The translations under genes were made by a program, and so were the position numbers. This document shows, one piece after another, positions 18,630-33,600 of a stretch of 64,000 nucleotides of DNA. Source of the stretch: an uncultured Clostridia bacterium (GTDB taxonomy: Bacteria; Bacillota; Clostridia; Christensenellales; UBA1242); contig CALWHN010000001.1 in NCBI GenBank assembly GCA_944380415.1, forward strand, positions 1,201-65,200, written 5' to 3'. The number at the start of each line of letters is the position of its first letter. Position 1 is the first letter of the stretch. The notes under the pieces were generated by a model that had not been told where the DNA came from, ran no database searches, and saw only the letters and a list, made by a program, of their open reading frames with translations.

Positions 18630-21600
18630 GGCTCATCTTCTCCAAACATAACGATATCTTCAAACGTAACGGAACTTGAAATCGTTTTGGGTTCTGGCGA
18701 GGAAACAAAAACTGTTGAGTTCAACGTTGAAGGCTATGGAAACGGAAGTGGCCAGCTTACTTTTAGCGTTGAAGAGCAGGAGCTAAACACAATTTCTTGC
18801 ACCCCAACCTATCAAGGAAACGGACGAACAACGCTAACCATAACTGGAAAGAATAGAGGAACGGCAACGATAACTGCAACTTCAATGCAGGGCAGCGTTA
18901 GTTATGTCATAACGGTTAAAGTCGTTCAGCCGATAACTGGCCTGAATCAAGCGGACGAGTTTAAAGATAAACTTTATGTAATAAGCGGAAGCTCGCTAAA
19001 CTTGTCGCAAGAAAAAATTTGGAATTATTCTCCTTCAAACACAAATCAGCGCGATTTAGTTTTTTCATTTGTTGGAGAAAGTCAGGGCTGCCGAATTGAA
19101 GATGGAAATTTGGTTGTAGACCAAGATTGCGGCCTCTCAAGCGTTACAATCAGGGCAGAATCCGCCTTCAATTCTTCTGTTTACTGTGAAATTCCTGTTA
19201 CAATTTTAAGTCCAATTGAAGTTGTTGCTCAAACGAACGGAAAGACAATCGTTGAAAGTGTGACGGACCCTAACTCCCAGGTTTCAAACTTTTTTGAAAT
19301 ATTCCCAAGGGAAACTGAATATCAAAACAGCCTAACAGTAACGCTGATTATCAGTGCGGGAAATGAGAAACAAGCGCTGAATGTTGAAGCTGTCTTTAGC
19401 TCTGGGGAAGAAAAGTTTGCTGCTCCTCAAACAGGTTACTATTTCGACAGAGCCTCCCAAACCCACAGATACACCTTTTTAATTCAAGCAAATTCTCAGG
19501 ATGCAGGGAAAATTGATTCTCTAACTTTCCGCGTTTCATACAGCGGATATGCAGCGGGGGAAAGCGATTACAGCAGCGATTCTATTGCTTTAAATGTTAG
19601 TTCATACAACAAAGCGCTTCAGGTTGATGTAAACGGCCAAACTGGCCGAGTTGAAATTGATGTGTTTGAAAGCTCAATTAACTTGGTTGACGGAGAAATT
19701 CTTGAAATTTCTCTTCTTCCAGGGAATTTAAAACAGGATCAAAATTACATAATTCTTTGGGCGGAAGATTTTGAAAACCTTCCAATTTCGCTTTATAAGC
19801 TAGATTCAACGAGGAGAAATTACATTTGCGTGTTTGGATATGACCAAAACGGAAATGCCGTAGGTTCAGTTGAAAACGGAATTAGATATGCAAAAATTCA
19901 GTCTGGGACAAAGCTTTATGCATTTATAAATAACAACTATGAGGGTTTGACAGGAACGAACAAACAATCGACAATCTATGCTCAAGCAGTTGAGTTTTGG
20001 AATTCAGAAATTAGCGCAAATGAAAGAGCTTTTACATCAATAGATTTTGTAATTAATCCAAACGCTAAAGATATATTCCTTGCGCAGCCAAATGATCAAG
20101 GCGTTTTAGAGGCGGATAAAGACAATAAAACAATCTTTATTGAACTTGGGGAAACAGAAATTGCTTATATTGCAGTTGACCCAAGCACTTTCACAATTGG
20201 AGCAAATTCCGTTGTTACAATCGCAAATGAAAGTTTGGCGGAAATTGGCGAACTTGTTGAACATGCAGTTAGCGAAGACTATGTCTTTGCAAGGTTTGAA
20301 ATTGTTGCAAATAAAGTTGGTTCAACAACATTGACAGTAACTCTTTCAGATGGCAAACAAGTTGACTTTAACCTTGTTGTTATAAGCCCGCTTGAAGAAC
20401 TTGAAATGGGCCTTGAAAGCGTTGTTGTTGGCGAAACTGAAATTGGAAGCGACATAGTTCCATATAGACATCTTCCAGACACAACAGTTATAGTTGGTGA
20501 AACAACGCCATTTATTGCGCTTAACAAGCTTTCAATTTCCAACAACGGCGGGGCGGGAATTAGATTAACAAAAAATGCAACGCCTGAAACTGCGCAATAT
20601 TACTTAGGTTATCATTATTATGACTATACATTTGAAAATGGTCAGGACATTAAGAACATAACACTAGAAGACATAGACGTAGAAAACATAGACTTTAATA
20701 CAACAAGTTCAATAATCAACACCTCGCTTTTAGCTAATCAAACAATTATAGAAGCTGTAAACTCTTCAACCGAAGGGGCAGTTTTGGTTAGAATTTCAGT
20801 TTATGCAATGGGTGCAGACGGCGAATATGGAGATCAACCTGTTGGATATTTCTATTATTTAATAGACTTCTTCATTCCAACAAGTGGACTCACTCTTTCA
20901 AGTGGAACACTTGAGCTTTATACTTATGACACAATTGGAGACAAATTTCTTGTAAACGATGTCAGTGCTTCAATTGGAGAAATCTCTGTAACGGTAAATC
21001 CTGTTAACCAAGGTTTGACTCCAACTTACATAAATAACTTAAAAATATATGTAAACGGAAATTCCGTAAACATCATGGAACATTTTACAAATGATGTGCT
21101 TTATCTGTATTTCGATGGCTCAATTGCATCTAGCCGCAACAATGCTGCGCTAGAAATTGTTAGATCATTTGAGAACAACACCTTTACTTTCAGATTCCAA
21201 GCGCTTAGAAGAGAGGCTAATTATATCTTTGCAATGGTTCTTTCCGAAGTTGATGAATCTAAAACATTCACGGCTCTTGGAAGAATAATTGCAAAAGAAG
21301 CAGTTGAAATAACCGACATTGAAATGATAAATGCAAATGAGGAAAGCCCAATTTATATTGAGAATGTTTTCCTAACGCAGGATGACTTTGAAAGCGAAGA
21401 AGCTTACTTAGAATATATTAATGATATTATAGATAACCCATATCAGTTGGAATTAATCTATAATTTATATTCAAGCAATGGGAATGAAATAACAAATCCT
21501 TCGCTTGAGTTTGAAATTGACTTTAATTTAATTTCTGGTGAACGAGAATATTACACAGATATTAATGGAAATAAAGTAAACTATATTCAAATAATACAAG

Positions 21601-24600
21601 AAAATGGAAAGACATATGTAAGAGTTGAGCGCGCAGCATGGGATTATTCAAGTTACTATGCACTTTCTGAAGAAGAGCGCGAACAAACAAGTTTGGAAGC
21701 ACATAAGGTTTTGGTTCAGTTTGGTGCAAATGCAACAATATCTGTCTATCCAACATCAAATTACTATAACTCATACAACGGCTGGAATGGCGAGGAGCCA
21801 ATTGTTTACATTCCAATAACTGTTGCGGATGGAAAAACAAGCGAAACATCTCTTCAACTTTGGGATTTAGATGATTTGGACTTGCTAAGGCTTTATCCAG
21901 CAGCAAATTTTACAATCATGGCCAATATCTCAATGATTCAAGAATCAAGCGGAAGTGTTTCTGGAGTTTATCAAGACTATATTCCGGTTGAAGAGTTCTA
22001 TGGAACGCTTAGGGGAGATCCAAACTTTGCAGATGGCGGCTCCATGCCTTTAATCATTTCAATTTCGCCTCTTTTCAAGAAAATTGCAAGTGATGCAGTT
22101 GTTGAAAACTTTAGTTATATCGTAACAGAAGCATATTCCTCAGAAGATATCGTAATTGATAACACAAAGAATGTTTCGATGGTCAACGGAGAAACCTATC
22201 TTGGCGGTCTTGCGAACGTAAATGAAGGGACTATTAGAAATGTTGCAGCAATTGGCGAATATATGGAGGATACCAGTGATCTTTCAACTTTGTCAATGTT
22301 TTCTGGGGCTCAATTATATATGAGTGGCCAAAGAGTTCCGGCTTCTCAAATTATTTTACTTGTGGGGATTAACTCAACTTATGATAATAATGCACTTCTT
22401 GTGGAAATGATTTCACAAATGGATATTAGAGCGGGCGAACTTGTTAGATATACTGGGCTTTTGGTTGGATTAAATAGAGGAACAATTGAAATAACAGACA
22501 CATCAACAGTTGACGGAATTGGCGCAATGGCCGTCTTTGGAGCAAATGTAGGCGGAATTGTTGGTGTAAATGACACAACAGGGAAAATTGTTGGCTACAA
22601 TTTCTATGGAAATGCGCTTGGAACGGAAAGCGCAGGAGGAATTGCGGCTTTAAATAGAGGAGAAATTAAAAACTGTAACGTTTTAAATGGCGGAGCCTCA
22701 TTGTATGGAATTAATGTCTTTGTTCTAGGAGACAATGTTTATAGTTATGCTAGTGAACAAGACATAGACATACAATTTGCGTCAGGTGGAATTGTTGCAA
22801 TTAGTGAAGGCGGGATAATTCAAGGCTGCAGCGCAGAATTTGGAACGGGAACAAATCCGCCAGACTCTTCAGTTGGAGAAGGAGGAATTTTCGAGCAATT
22901 AATTGAACCTGAACTTGGCTCAAGCGTTTGGGGTAAAAGGGTTGCACAAGCGGGAACATACACCATTAAACAACAGGCAGAGTATGATTTTAATGTTTCT
23001 GGAAGGAATTCTGGTTCTGTAATAACAGGAACACTTGAGTTTTTTGCATTAAGTGGCGGTCAATTTGGCGGCTTTGAAAATGTTGTTATTCAAATTCCAG
23101 AACTTTCTGCGGATAGTCCTTCTCACTACTTTGAGGCAAATGGAAGGAATTATAGAATTTATGCCGATTATGAAACGAATATCAACTATGTTTATATAAC
23201 AATTTATGATGTTACGGGCGAAGAAACTACACTTAGAACAATCAACGTTTATAGGAACAAAGGTTCACAAAATATAGATGGTAAATTTGAAACCCTAAAT
23301 AGCGTCGATCTTGTAATTTCAAGCAGCCCAATTTATAGCGGTGGCCTTGTTGGAATTCTATCTGAAACAAAGCTCAGCCAAAGTTTCTTTGATGGAACTC
23401 TTGGCGTTAGAGATACAAACGGCGGAGGCCTTATTGGGCTTTTGAATGAAAGCGGACAAACAGAGCCTTTGGTTGAAAACTGCTATGCTGTTTTAGGATA
23501 TAACAATTCATATGTTGATAGACTTTCAAATTCTGGATACATATTAAGACAAGGGCTTTTCATTTGCAGCGGTTCGCTTAATGAAATTAAATATTGCTAT
23601 GTTTCTTCAAACAACAGCGGGTTTAACCCAAGCTACAATGGAGATGGTCAGGCAACAGGAAGCTTCCATTCGGCAATAAGGAATTCAAATCTGACCTCAA
23701 TTTTTGACATTCTTGATTACAACGACGAGTTTTTGGGATATGATATTGAGGAATGGAGGGATAAAACCTTTGTAGATTTAGTAAATCAATATAATTACAT
23801 TGAAGGATCAATGAATGTTACGCTTGGAAACAGCATATTGAGCGCCAATTCTCAAATTGTTGGAGACAGGCTTTATGGTAGTTTTGAATTGAATGTTTCG
23901 TTAAATAACACAGATTACGGCAATGGAACATTAAGTTTGATGCTTTATAAAAACGGAAGCCAAATTGAAACAAAAACAATTGAATTTAGAAACTTTTCTG
24001 CTGTTGGCGATTCTTCAATTGAATATACTTTTGACGACCTTGGAATTAAAGTTGTTTTAACTCCAGAATATTTATCTTCGACTTCTTCCAGAGGGATAAA
24101 TTTTGTTGCAATGGATGTTTCCAGCGGCGAAACGCTCTATCAGTCCAAAATTTCGGCTTGGGAGAGTACAAGCACGAATAACGGAGTTACAAACAGAACG
24201 CTTCGCTCTTCTGGCAACTTCGGCTTTAGAACTGTTGAAACAACGATCAATCATGATGGCCAAAGCCAAGTTGTTTCACAAAATCTTTACACCTATCCTA
24301 GCAACTCTCAAAGCTATGAAATCTATAGATTTACATACAACGGAAGAATTTACACGGTTAATTTAAGCGACAGTGGTTCGCAAAGCTATAATCTTGAAAT
24401 AAAATATCTTCCATATGAAACTGCAACCTATGGAACAACAGTTTTAAGAAAATGGGTCAATGTTGAAAACAGCATAACTCAAGGGCAAATTCAATTTACA
24501 GACTCAATTACTGTTAGCGCAAATCTTAATCTTTTCCCAGACAGCATAAACGAGCAATTAAACCAGAATTTCACGTTTACGGCAACATTTGACGGCGAAG

Positions 24601-27600
24601 AATTTGTTTCAGAAGAGCAATATGAGCTTCTTCCAGTTTTTGGCGGACACACTTCCTATCTTGTTTTAGAGATCAATTCATCTGGCATAATGTCACTCAT
24701 GGTTAAAACTTACAAAGAAAGCTCAGGAGGAGCTTATATAGACACTCTTTGTTCCCCAAGCCTTGAAAATGGTTCGGTTGTAGTTAATTATGGCGAAGAT
24801 ACAAAAGCTTTCCTTGAACTTGCAGAGCAAGGGGAAATTCTTTACAGCAAGATTTCTATGGAGGGAATGACAACGGCTTTTGGCCCAATTTCACTCTTGT
24901 ATATGAAAGGTTTTTATCTATATCTGTATGACAACTATGAAATATTGGTTGCAGATGGGACGTGGGAAGGCGTTTCCTATGGAGATATAAGCGGAATTAC
25001 TGGCGCCGAAATTAAAGAACTTATTTGCCAGCTGTTTGGAATTTCTTCAGCGCAAACAGATTCTGAAATTAAGGCGCAAATTAAAGAAATAATCGACGAA
25101 AAGGTTATTGCGCCCTTCAATAATTCATTAAATTCAATAAAAACAGACCTTGCGGCACTGCAAACCGAGTTAAACGACTTTATTTCAGAACTTGAAGGTC
25201 TTTTAACTGCTGCGGGCTATGAAAGTTCAGAATATAGCGAATTGTTGGAAAAGATTAATTCTTATTCAGCCTTAATTTCTCAGGCAAATACAGCAGTTTC
25301 TGGGATTTCTTCAATTTCTAGTGGAGAAGATGTTAAGAATTTACTCTTAAACGCAATTGAACCTGTAAGAGAAGGTATAACTGGTGCTTACTATGACTTT
25401 ATAATGTTCATGGAATCTAATGGCAATAAATTAGAGGAATACATAAACAACAACTTCTCAAGCGAAGAAGAAGTGATGGAAGCAATGAGCGGAATCTATT
25501 CGTTCATGATAGCTCTCGAATACGACAGATATGATATTATTGAAGAAGACGGAGGAATGACAAACGAGCTAATTAGCGGACTTGCTAAACTCTATGCTTT
25601 TGACGCTAGCGCTGGTTATGACACAATTCCAGTTGATATTGACGGCTTTATTGACGCTGGCTGGGATATTGCAAATAAGGGCGAAGAAAGCGAGTCAATT
25701 TGGATTTTCGAAGAAGGAAAACTTCCATATTTCAGACAAAACGAAGAAACTCAAAGAATTTATGATTTTGAAATTGAAGTAAATCCAAATAAAAATCAAA
25801 ATTCAATGATTAACAAAGATAATTCTTCTGTTGTTCTCTTCTACTATGACGTTGCAGATAAATCATTGCTAACAAATACTCAGCTTGCACAACTTGCAAA
25901 TAAAAACACTATTGCAATCGACGATTTCGTTAGAATTTTCAACATAAATGGAAATTTAGATTCAATTGGAAACTTTGAGCAATTTATCTTCCAAAGCTCA
26001 AATAGAAGCGTTGTTAGAATTATCAACGGTCAAGTTCAAATTGTTGGAACTGGATCAGCAACAATTACAATAACCCCAATGTATGGGCCTTCGCTCGGAG
26101 AGGTTCCATCATATTCAATCAACGTATATGTAATCTATCCGTTTGGAGAAACAAACATTTACAATGGAATTAGTGCTGAAACGGGAACAAACTCTTCAAA
26201 TAATCCAATAAACGTTGAAGAAGGCGAAGAGAGCGAGCCAATTACAATTATTAAAGGCGACGTTAACTATATAACGATCAAAACAGAAAGCAACATTGCT
26301 CTTGAAAACACTGTTTACAACTTCTTAACAAATTCAATTGCGCTTGATGTTTCAATCACACACCAAGGTGAAAATGGAACCGAGGTTGATTATGTTTCTG
26401 GCGGAGAAGACAACAAATTTAATATAAGCGGTCTTGCAGGGCAAGATGCAAACAAATTTATCGAAGGAACGCTTGGAATTACCGTCAATGAAGATGTAAG
26501 CGAGGACACAACATTTACATTCTTAGTTAACATCTTGCTTCAATCTGGCTCTCAGCCGTTCCCAAATTCATCTCCATATTTCATAAGCCAAGTTAACAAC
26601 ATTCTTTCTGGTTTGTTCAATGAATATTTCAACTTCAAAGTTTCTGTTAGAGCAGAAAGGCTTTTGCTTTCAATAAAAGAAGCTGAGATCGACCCTTCAA
26701 CAATAATTTCTGTTGATACAGAGCTTCATACAAACAGAGACGAAGACAGAGTTAAAGTAATGATAAAAGATGAAGCCGGAAACATTGTTTGGGCTTCTGA
26801 AAGCGTTGTTGAAGATTCTGACGGCAACATAAGATTTGTTACAGCAGAAGATTACGAAAATGGAACATTAATAAGCGGCCTTGTTTATGTCTTTGAAAAA
26901 GGCGCAACAAGTTCAATTTTCGAGGTCAATGGCGCAGGCCTTTGGGAGGACAACAGCACTAATTACAATGGCAATATAACCATTGCAAATGGTGTTTTGA
27001 GCGGGAATGTTTTAATTAGCGTTAGAGAAGATGCAAGAAAGACAATTGACACAACAAAGACCTACACTGTTGTTTTAACAGATTCCAACGAAGATGTTTC
27101 AAATTCGTTTAACTTTGTTTTAAAACCACAGCAAATTGTCAATGTTACCTACACCCACCACAACAGAACAGACGATTCAACAGAGAGTGGAATTAAAATT
27201 CAAGACGAGCCAAGTTCTGTTCTTGTTCCTGGTGACAACGGAATTTTAACAATTGGCCTCTATCCAACCTATGGAAGCTATAGCCGAATTGTTTTAGAGA
27301 GCCAAATTATTGATAACAACTACTACGTTTTGATGGAGCAGATGTATAAATCTGGTGACTTCTATCTTTCAACATCAACAACTGTTGGCTACAACAGCGA
27401 AAGAGACGTCAACAGGCTAACAATCTATAAGCCATCGGATTCAAACCTCAACACGGGTTACATCTATGTTAGAACAAGAATTTTGGAGAGCGTAAACCAA
27501 GGGCTTTACTTCCCAATTACAATAACAATCTATGACAAAGATGAGAACGGCGAAGAATATGTTGTAAAATCTGAAACAATAACGCTTGTTTCACAGGTCA

Positions 27601-30600
27601 TTGACGGGGCAGAAATCACAATTGACGGCGAAAAGGATGCAACAGTTGTAAGAGGCTATACCTATCCAATTCAAATTAGCGTTGAAGAAAGCCAAAGCCT
27701 TGCTGATTACAATTTGGTTGACTTTGACACAACGGGAGATGCAGACGACTCTGTAACAGTTTACTTCAATAGATCAGAATATGAAATTGTTGACGGAAGA
27801 AAGATTTACAACGGAACAGTTTCAATTGGTTTGGACGCAGAATTAAACGGCGACGGTGTCTTTAAAATTGAGACAATTGTTCAAAAAATTGTCAACGGGA
27901 GAATTGAAAGCACAACGGACAGCATTGAGCTCAGGGTTGTTGATTTCCTAATTGAAAGCGTTCAGATTAAAGGAAATGCAGAAGGAGACAATGTTTTCAA
28001 CACACCAGCTGCAATTGAAAAGGACTTATCGTTTGAGTTTATTTTAACCGAAACGCCTGAAATTTTCAGCGCAAGCCAAGAGGATTCAATTGATAGAATC
28101 AACAACGCAAAAGAAGAGTTCTTAAAATCGCTTTCATATAAACAATACGTTACAAACAAAGATAAAATATATCAGTATATTGTAAATACAGATAGAATTT
28201 TTGGTGTAAACAGAGAATATAACAATGGTGATAAATCTCAGCCAAGCCACATTTCAACCTCTCAAATGAGTGTTGTCTATGACCTCTTCTATTCTGGAGA
28301 TTTAACAGCGCTTGTAAACGGAACAAAAGTTCAAGAAAATGAATATTTCTCATTCGCTTATGACGGAGACTCAAACGGAACAAGCGGCCTTGGCGCAAGA
28401 ACAATTAGAGTTATCGGAAAGAGAATGGGAGCAATTAATTTAACATTAAGAATCGGCTATCAGCTTCCAGGAGTTGCAGAGGTTCAATATTTCAATTATA
28501 ACTTTACAATCAACGTTCAAATGTATTCAGATGAGGACAAACCAACCCCAATAGAAACAGAAGAGCAGTTTATTGAATATTTAAGTTCAACTTCTGATCA
28601 ATATGGCGAAACAAACTTCATTTTAATGAATGACCTTGTTTTGGAAAACTTTGTTCCATTTACAACGACAAACTTTGCGAGTTTAGATGGAAACAACAAG
28701 GTTATAACAATCAAAAGCTTCGACCTTTCAAATCAACCTGGTTCGCTCAACATTGGGCTTTTCCAAACTGTTTCAGAGGGCTCAACTCTTAAAAATCTTG
28801 TTGTAAATTACAATGAAACAGAGGGAATTTTCGTTGACGAAAGCCTCTATTCCTCAGTTAACTTTGGCGGAATTGCCGTTACAAACAATGGCGTTATCTA
28901 CAACTGCGAGGTTGTTTCAATTGATATGTCGTCAAACAACATGGTAACAGACGACGGCGGAATTGAAATTTACTTCAGTCAAACAAACAAAGATGCGCCA
29001 AAACTTGACAGCACAACTGTTCAAATTGCAGGCCTTGTTGTTACAAACTCGGCAACTGGAAGCATAACAAACAGCCGCGTTGGCGGAAAGGGAAGCTTTA
29101 CAAAAGTTGTTTACAACGAGGGAACTGGCGCAAGCGAAATTAATTATGATTACAGCAGAATAAACTTAATTGGCCAGGGGAATATGGCAGGCTTTGTTAT
29201 AACAAACAACGGAACAATTTCTGCATCATACTTTGCAAATGGCTTTATAACAAACAAGACGATTTCTGGGGCTCAGTGTGCAACAGCAGGCTTTGCAATT
29301 ACAAACACTTTAAGCTCAACAATAACCGGCTGCTACGCAGAAGGTTTCAGGCTTTCTTCAGACGGCCTAGATCAATTTATAACTGGCGGAGGAATAACTT
29401 CTCAGGGAGTTGCAGCAGGCTTCATCTATGAAAATGCTGGAACAATTTCCGACTGTTATTCTAACATTAAACTTGCAGGAGATAGTACAGGAAGGCTTGT
29501 TTCTGGGTTTGTGTACAGCAATGCAACAACCGGAACAATTGCAAGGTGCTATTCTGCTTCAACAATTGTTGGCGAACTTACAACCCAAATGCCATTTACT
29601 GGAAAAGATGCAAGAGAAAATTCTCTTCAACTAAATCCAGAGGGAATTATCAACAGCTATTATTTGGTTAAGAGATATGACACCGAAACTGTTTTAGAAG
29701 AGAAATATAACACTGGCGCAACCGCGCTTCAAGCCTCAACGTTAAATTCTTCAACCTTCTATGGCTTTGCAATGGCTTGGGAGGACGACGAGAACAACGG
29801 AATTTGGATTTGGAACGAAACATACAAATATCCAGAGCTTGTTTCAGCAAATCAAGTTGCAATTTCTGTTAGAAGAGTAATTGAAAACTATTCTTCGCTA
29901 ATAACTGGCGGAACTTCAACAGAAAGCTTAGATATATTCCCTTATATTCAAGGTTATGAATATGGAAGCGTAATTAATCCAATTATAATAAGAACTGCGG
30001 ACGAATTTAACAGAGTTTTCGGCCAGGAAACAAACCTTGTTGAAAACGCTTACTATGCAATCAGCCAAATGTATGACAAGGATCTTGGAATTGTTTTCGG
30101 AAGTTATCGCCTTGTTTCGTCGGTCAACTTTGAAGAACTTACAACAATTGAAAACATAAGAATTTCATCTTCAATCATGAATTTGGCGCAAAATAACAGT
30201 TATTTTGGAACTTTTGACGGAAATGGACTTGTAATTAGAAACGTTGAAATTGCGCTTGACAGCCAAAGCTCTGTTGGCCTCTTCTCAATGATAACTAGCG
30301 GAGGAGTTTTTAAGAACGCAACGATAACTGTTGTAACAGTTGCCGGCGGACAGCGAAGCGTCTATGCCGGAGCGGTTGCAGGGCTTGTTCAAAATTCTTC
30401 GGTTTCAAACGTAACAGTTCAACCTGTTACAACTTCTGGCGACAACCGCTCAAGAGTTTCTGGCCAAAATATAGTTGGCGGTGTTGTTGGAGCAGTTGTT
30501 GGAAATTCAAAAGTTTCAAACCTTGTTTCAAACATCTCTGTTGTCTCTGGAAATGCAAATGGATTGACCGACGCGCAATATTACTATGAAAACATTTTGA

Positions 30601-33600
30601 GGTCCAGCTCAATTATTCAAAACGGCGTGATTATCGACCAAAACAGCAACTACAGCTTTGCTGGCGGCGTCATCGGCGTTTTGGATATCTATCAAGATAT
30701 CAATGACAACATGGTAACATTCAGCGATCCAAACGCAATTCGCCTTCAATATGCGGGTCAAAACATCTCAATCCAGGGCGGTTTTGTTGGCGGAGTTGTT
30801 GGGTTTGTTGGCCCAAGCACATATCTTGCAGATGCAAGCTTTGTTCTAACGGGGCAACAAGATCAACTTAACCAAAGGTTAATCACCTATGGAAACACAA
30901 TTGGCGGCGTTGTTGGCGTTAACTACGGCGAACTTTATGAGCTTAAAATTGAACATTCAACAGAACTTCAACTTGCAATTGAAGACAACATGGAGGGCTA
31001 TTACAACAGCGCATCAACCTCAATCTTCCGCGGAAATTCAAGGCTCTTTAATTCAACAACATCAAGCCTTGTTGCAATTGGCGGGCTTGTTGGACAAATG
31101 ATGGACGGAGAGCTAACCGTTTCCTATTCAAAAGTTGACGTTTCTGCTTCTGCATCGTCATACTCCGGCGGCGTTATTGGAATTAACAATGCGTCAACAG
31201 ATTTCTATGAAATTTATTCCTTCGGAGATGTAAGCGGAAAGAAGGCAGGGGGGCTAATTGGCCTTAATAACGCAGAAATAACACTTGATAAGTGTGTTGC
31301 CTTCACATATTACTCAAAGGAAAATGCGGGCTTGAATGAAATAATAAACGTTGCTCAAGACTTTAACAGCGGAAATTTAACGTTTGCAGGCGCAAATATC
31401 ACAACGGGAGAGCCGTATAGCGGAAGACTTCAATTTACAACCGGCTCGAATAAAACGATTCTCGTTGAGTTTGCTGCCCAACCCCAAAGCCAAAACGCAA
31501 ATGCAAGCTATTTGACAATTAATATTGATGCCGCTAACATCATAAAACAGTGGGATATAAACGGCTATAATTTCTACACATACAGCAATGGAACAAACGA
31601 ATATGGCTTGATTAGAGAGCGTTTGTATAACAGCGATTTCACATATGGCTATTATTACACCAATCAAGAAAACAACAAGGTAACAGTTCTTTGGGAAACA
31701 GAGGACGGTCAGTTCTATTTTAGCACCGGAAGTGAACCAGATCTCAACGCAGATGGTGTTGCTCCAATTGAGTTTAGCGGCTCTCAATCCTATGTTTCAT
31801 TCACAAACATAAACTATGTGGATTTAACTGTAACAGATGCGGAAGACAAAGACGATTATGACACTGTTGATTCACTCACTAGCACGGGCAATGACAAAGT
31901 TGTAACTTATGCGTCATTTGAAATGACTCAGCTTCAAATTACTGAAATTCAGCTTAAAAAACTTACAATTGGCGCAATTTTGGGAGAAAACAGTGGAAAT
32001 GTTTTAATTACAAACGCAAGCCAAGCAAGCGTTTATGGAAATTTGGAGTTCGATTACAACGGCTTTACAATCAAGCTTTGGAACAGCGGCCTTGTAAACA
32101 GCGGCGCAACGAACAACCTTTTGGGGCTTACGGTCAACCTTTCAAACTATCAAGGCTATGAAATTGACGGCCAAACAATAAACAAAATGTTCTTTGGAAG
32201 CGAGTGGAGGCCAAACCTTTGGGAACTTAGAGATGGCTTCATCTTCCCAACTTTCAACTATGAAATCTCTTCAAACACGCTTTACATTGAAAAACCGCTT
32301 GACCTTTTGAAGTTGAACAACTATAACAAAGCGGACAACGTTGTAATCTTTGGCGATGACCCAGCAACAGTGTTCAATCCATATGATTATGAAGCTGGAA
32401 ACGTTTCAACATATGGCGAATTCACAGCGGCAGAGCTTGTTGGTTTAAGCAAAGGGCAAAATGGCGAGCTGATTTATGACATTAGCGTAATTCGCGGCAA
32501 CCTTTCTGTTAACTATTCAGATTACTACTTCAGTTCGTTCATGGGAACAATGTATGGAGAAAGCGATGAGACTCCGGTTTTAACCAATATTGACAAGGCG
32601 CTTTTCAACTTGATCTATGGCGGCGAAATCAGCAATTTGGTTTTCGACAATGATGTATCTCGCGAAACAACCTCAATGGGCGCGGTTCTTGCAAACTCAA
32701 TTGAAGGTCAAACAACTCTTGAAAACTTAATCTTCCAAAATATAACAATTGAAACGCAAAGAGAGCAGATTGGCGTAATTGCAAACAACATGGCAAACGT
32801 CTTTGATATTTCTAATGTTGAAATAAGAAATGTAACAATAACTTCAACTAATACAAGCAGAGATGCAAACCTTTCAATTGGTGCAATTGCGGGCGCAAAT
32901 ACTCCGGCAAGCGGGACTGTTTCAGCCTCAATTACCCTTAGCAATGTTTCCGTTTCTAACTTAACAATTGAAGCACAAACCAATGCTTTGTCAACTAGCG
33001 TCGGCGGCCTCTTTGGAAAGGTTGGCTATGGAACAACCTATGAAAATGTCAATGTTTCTGAAATTAAAATCAACGTTGGCTTAGGGGAAAGCAAAAATTC
33101 TACAAACCAAATTTTCGCCGGCGGCTTTGTTGGCGATGCAAGCGGAACAACGGCAACTTTTGGAAGTAACACAGTGGAAAGTGGTGGCGCATACACTCTT
33201 GCCCAAGAAATTGTAATCAAATTAGGAAAGGCGGCGGTTACATACGCCGGAGGAATCTTTGGATATATCGACTCAATTAATACAAACAATGGCGAATTAA
33301 CCATAAAAGACATCAATATTAGCTCTGTTACTGAAAATGACGACTCAGAAACCATTTCCTCAATGATTGTTGGCGGATTTGCCGGCCATGTTTCAACAAG
33401 CGGAAATTTAACCAACGTAGAAATTGATTTCGGAAAAGACACTGAAGGGGAGAATGAGGAAATCAAAACAACTAACGGTTCAATCGTCCTCAACACGGAC
33501 GTTTTCGACTCAACAAGCTCAATTCCATCTTCGGTTGGCGGCGTCTTTGGCGAGGCAACAAGCGGAACGCTTTCAAACGTTTCAGTTTCCAACGTTGAAA

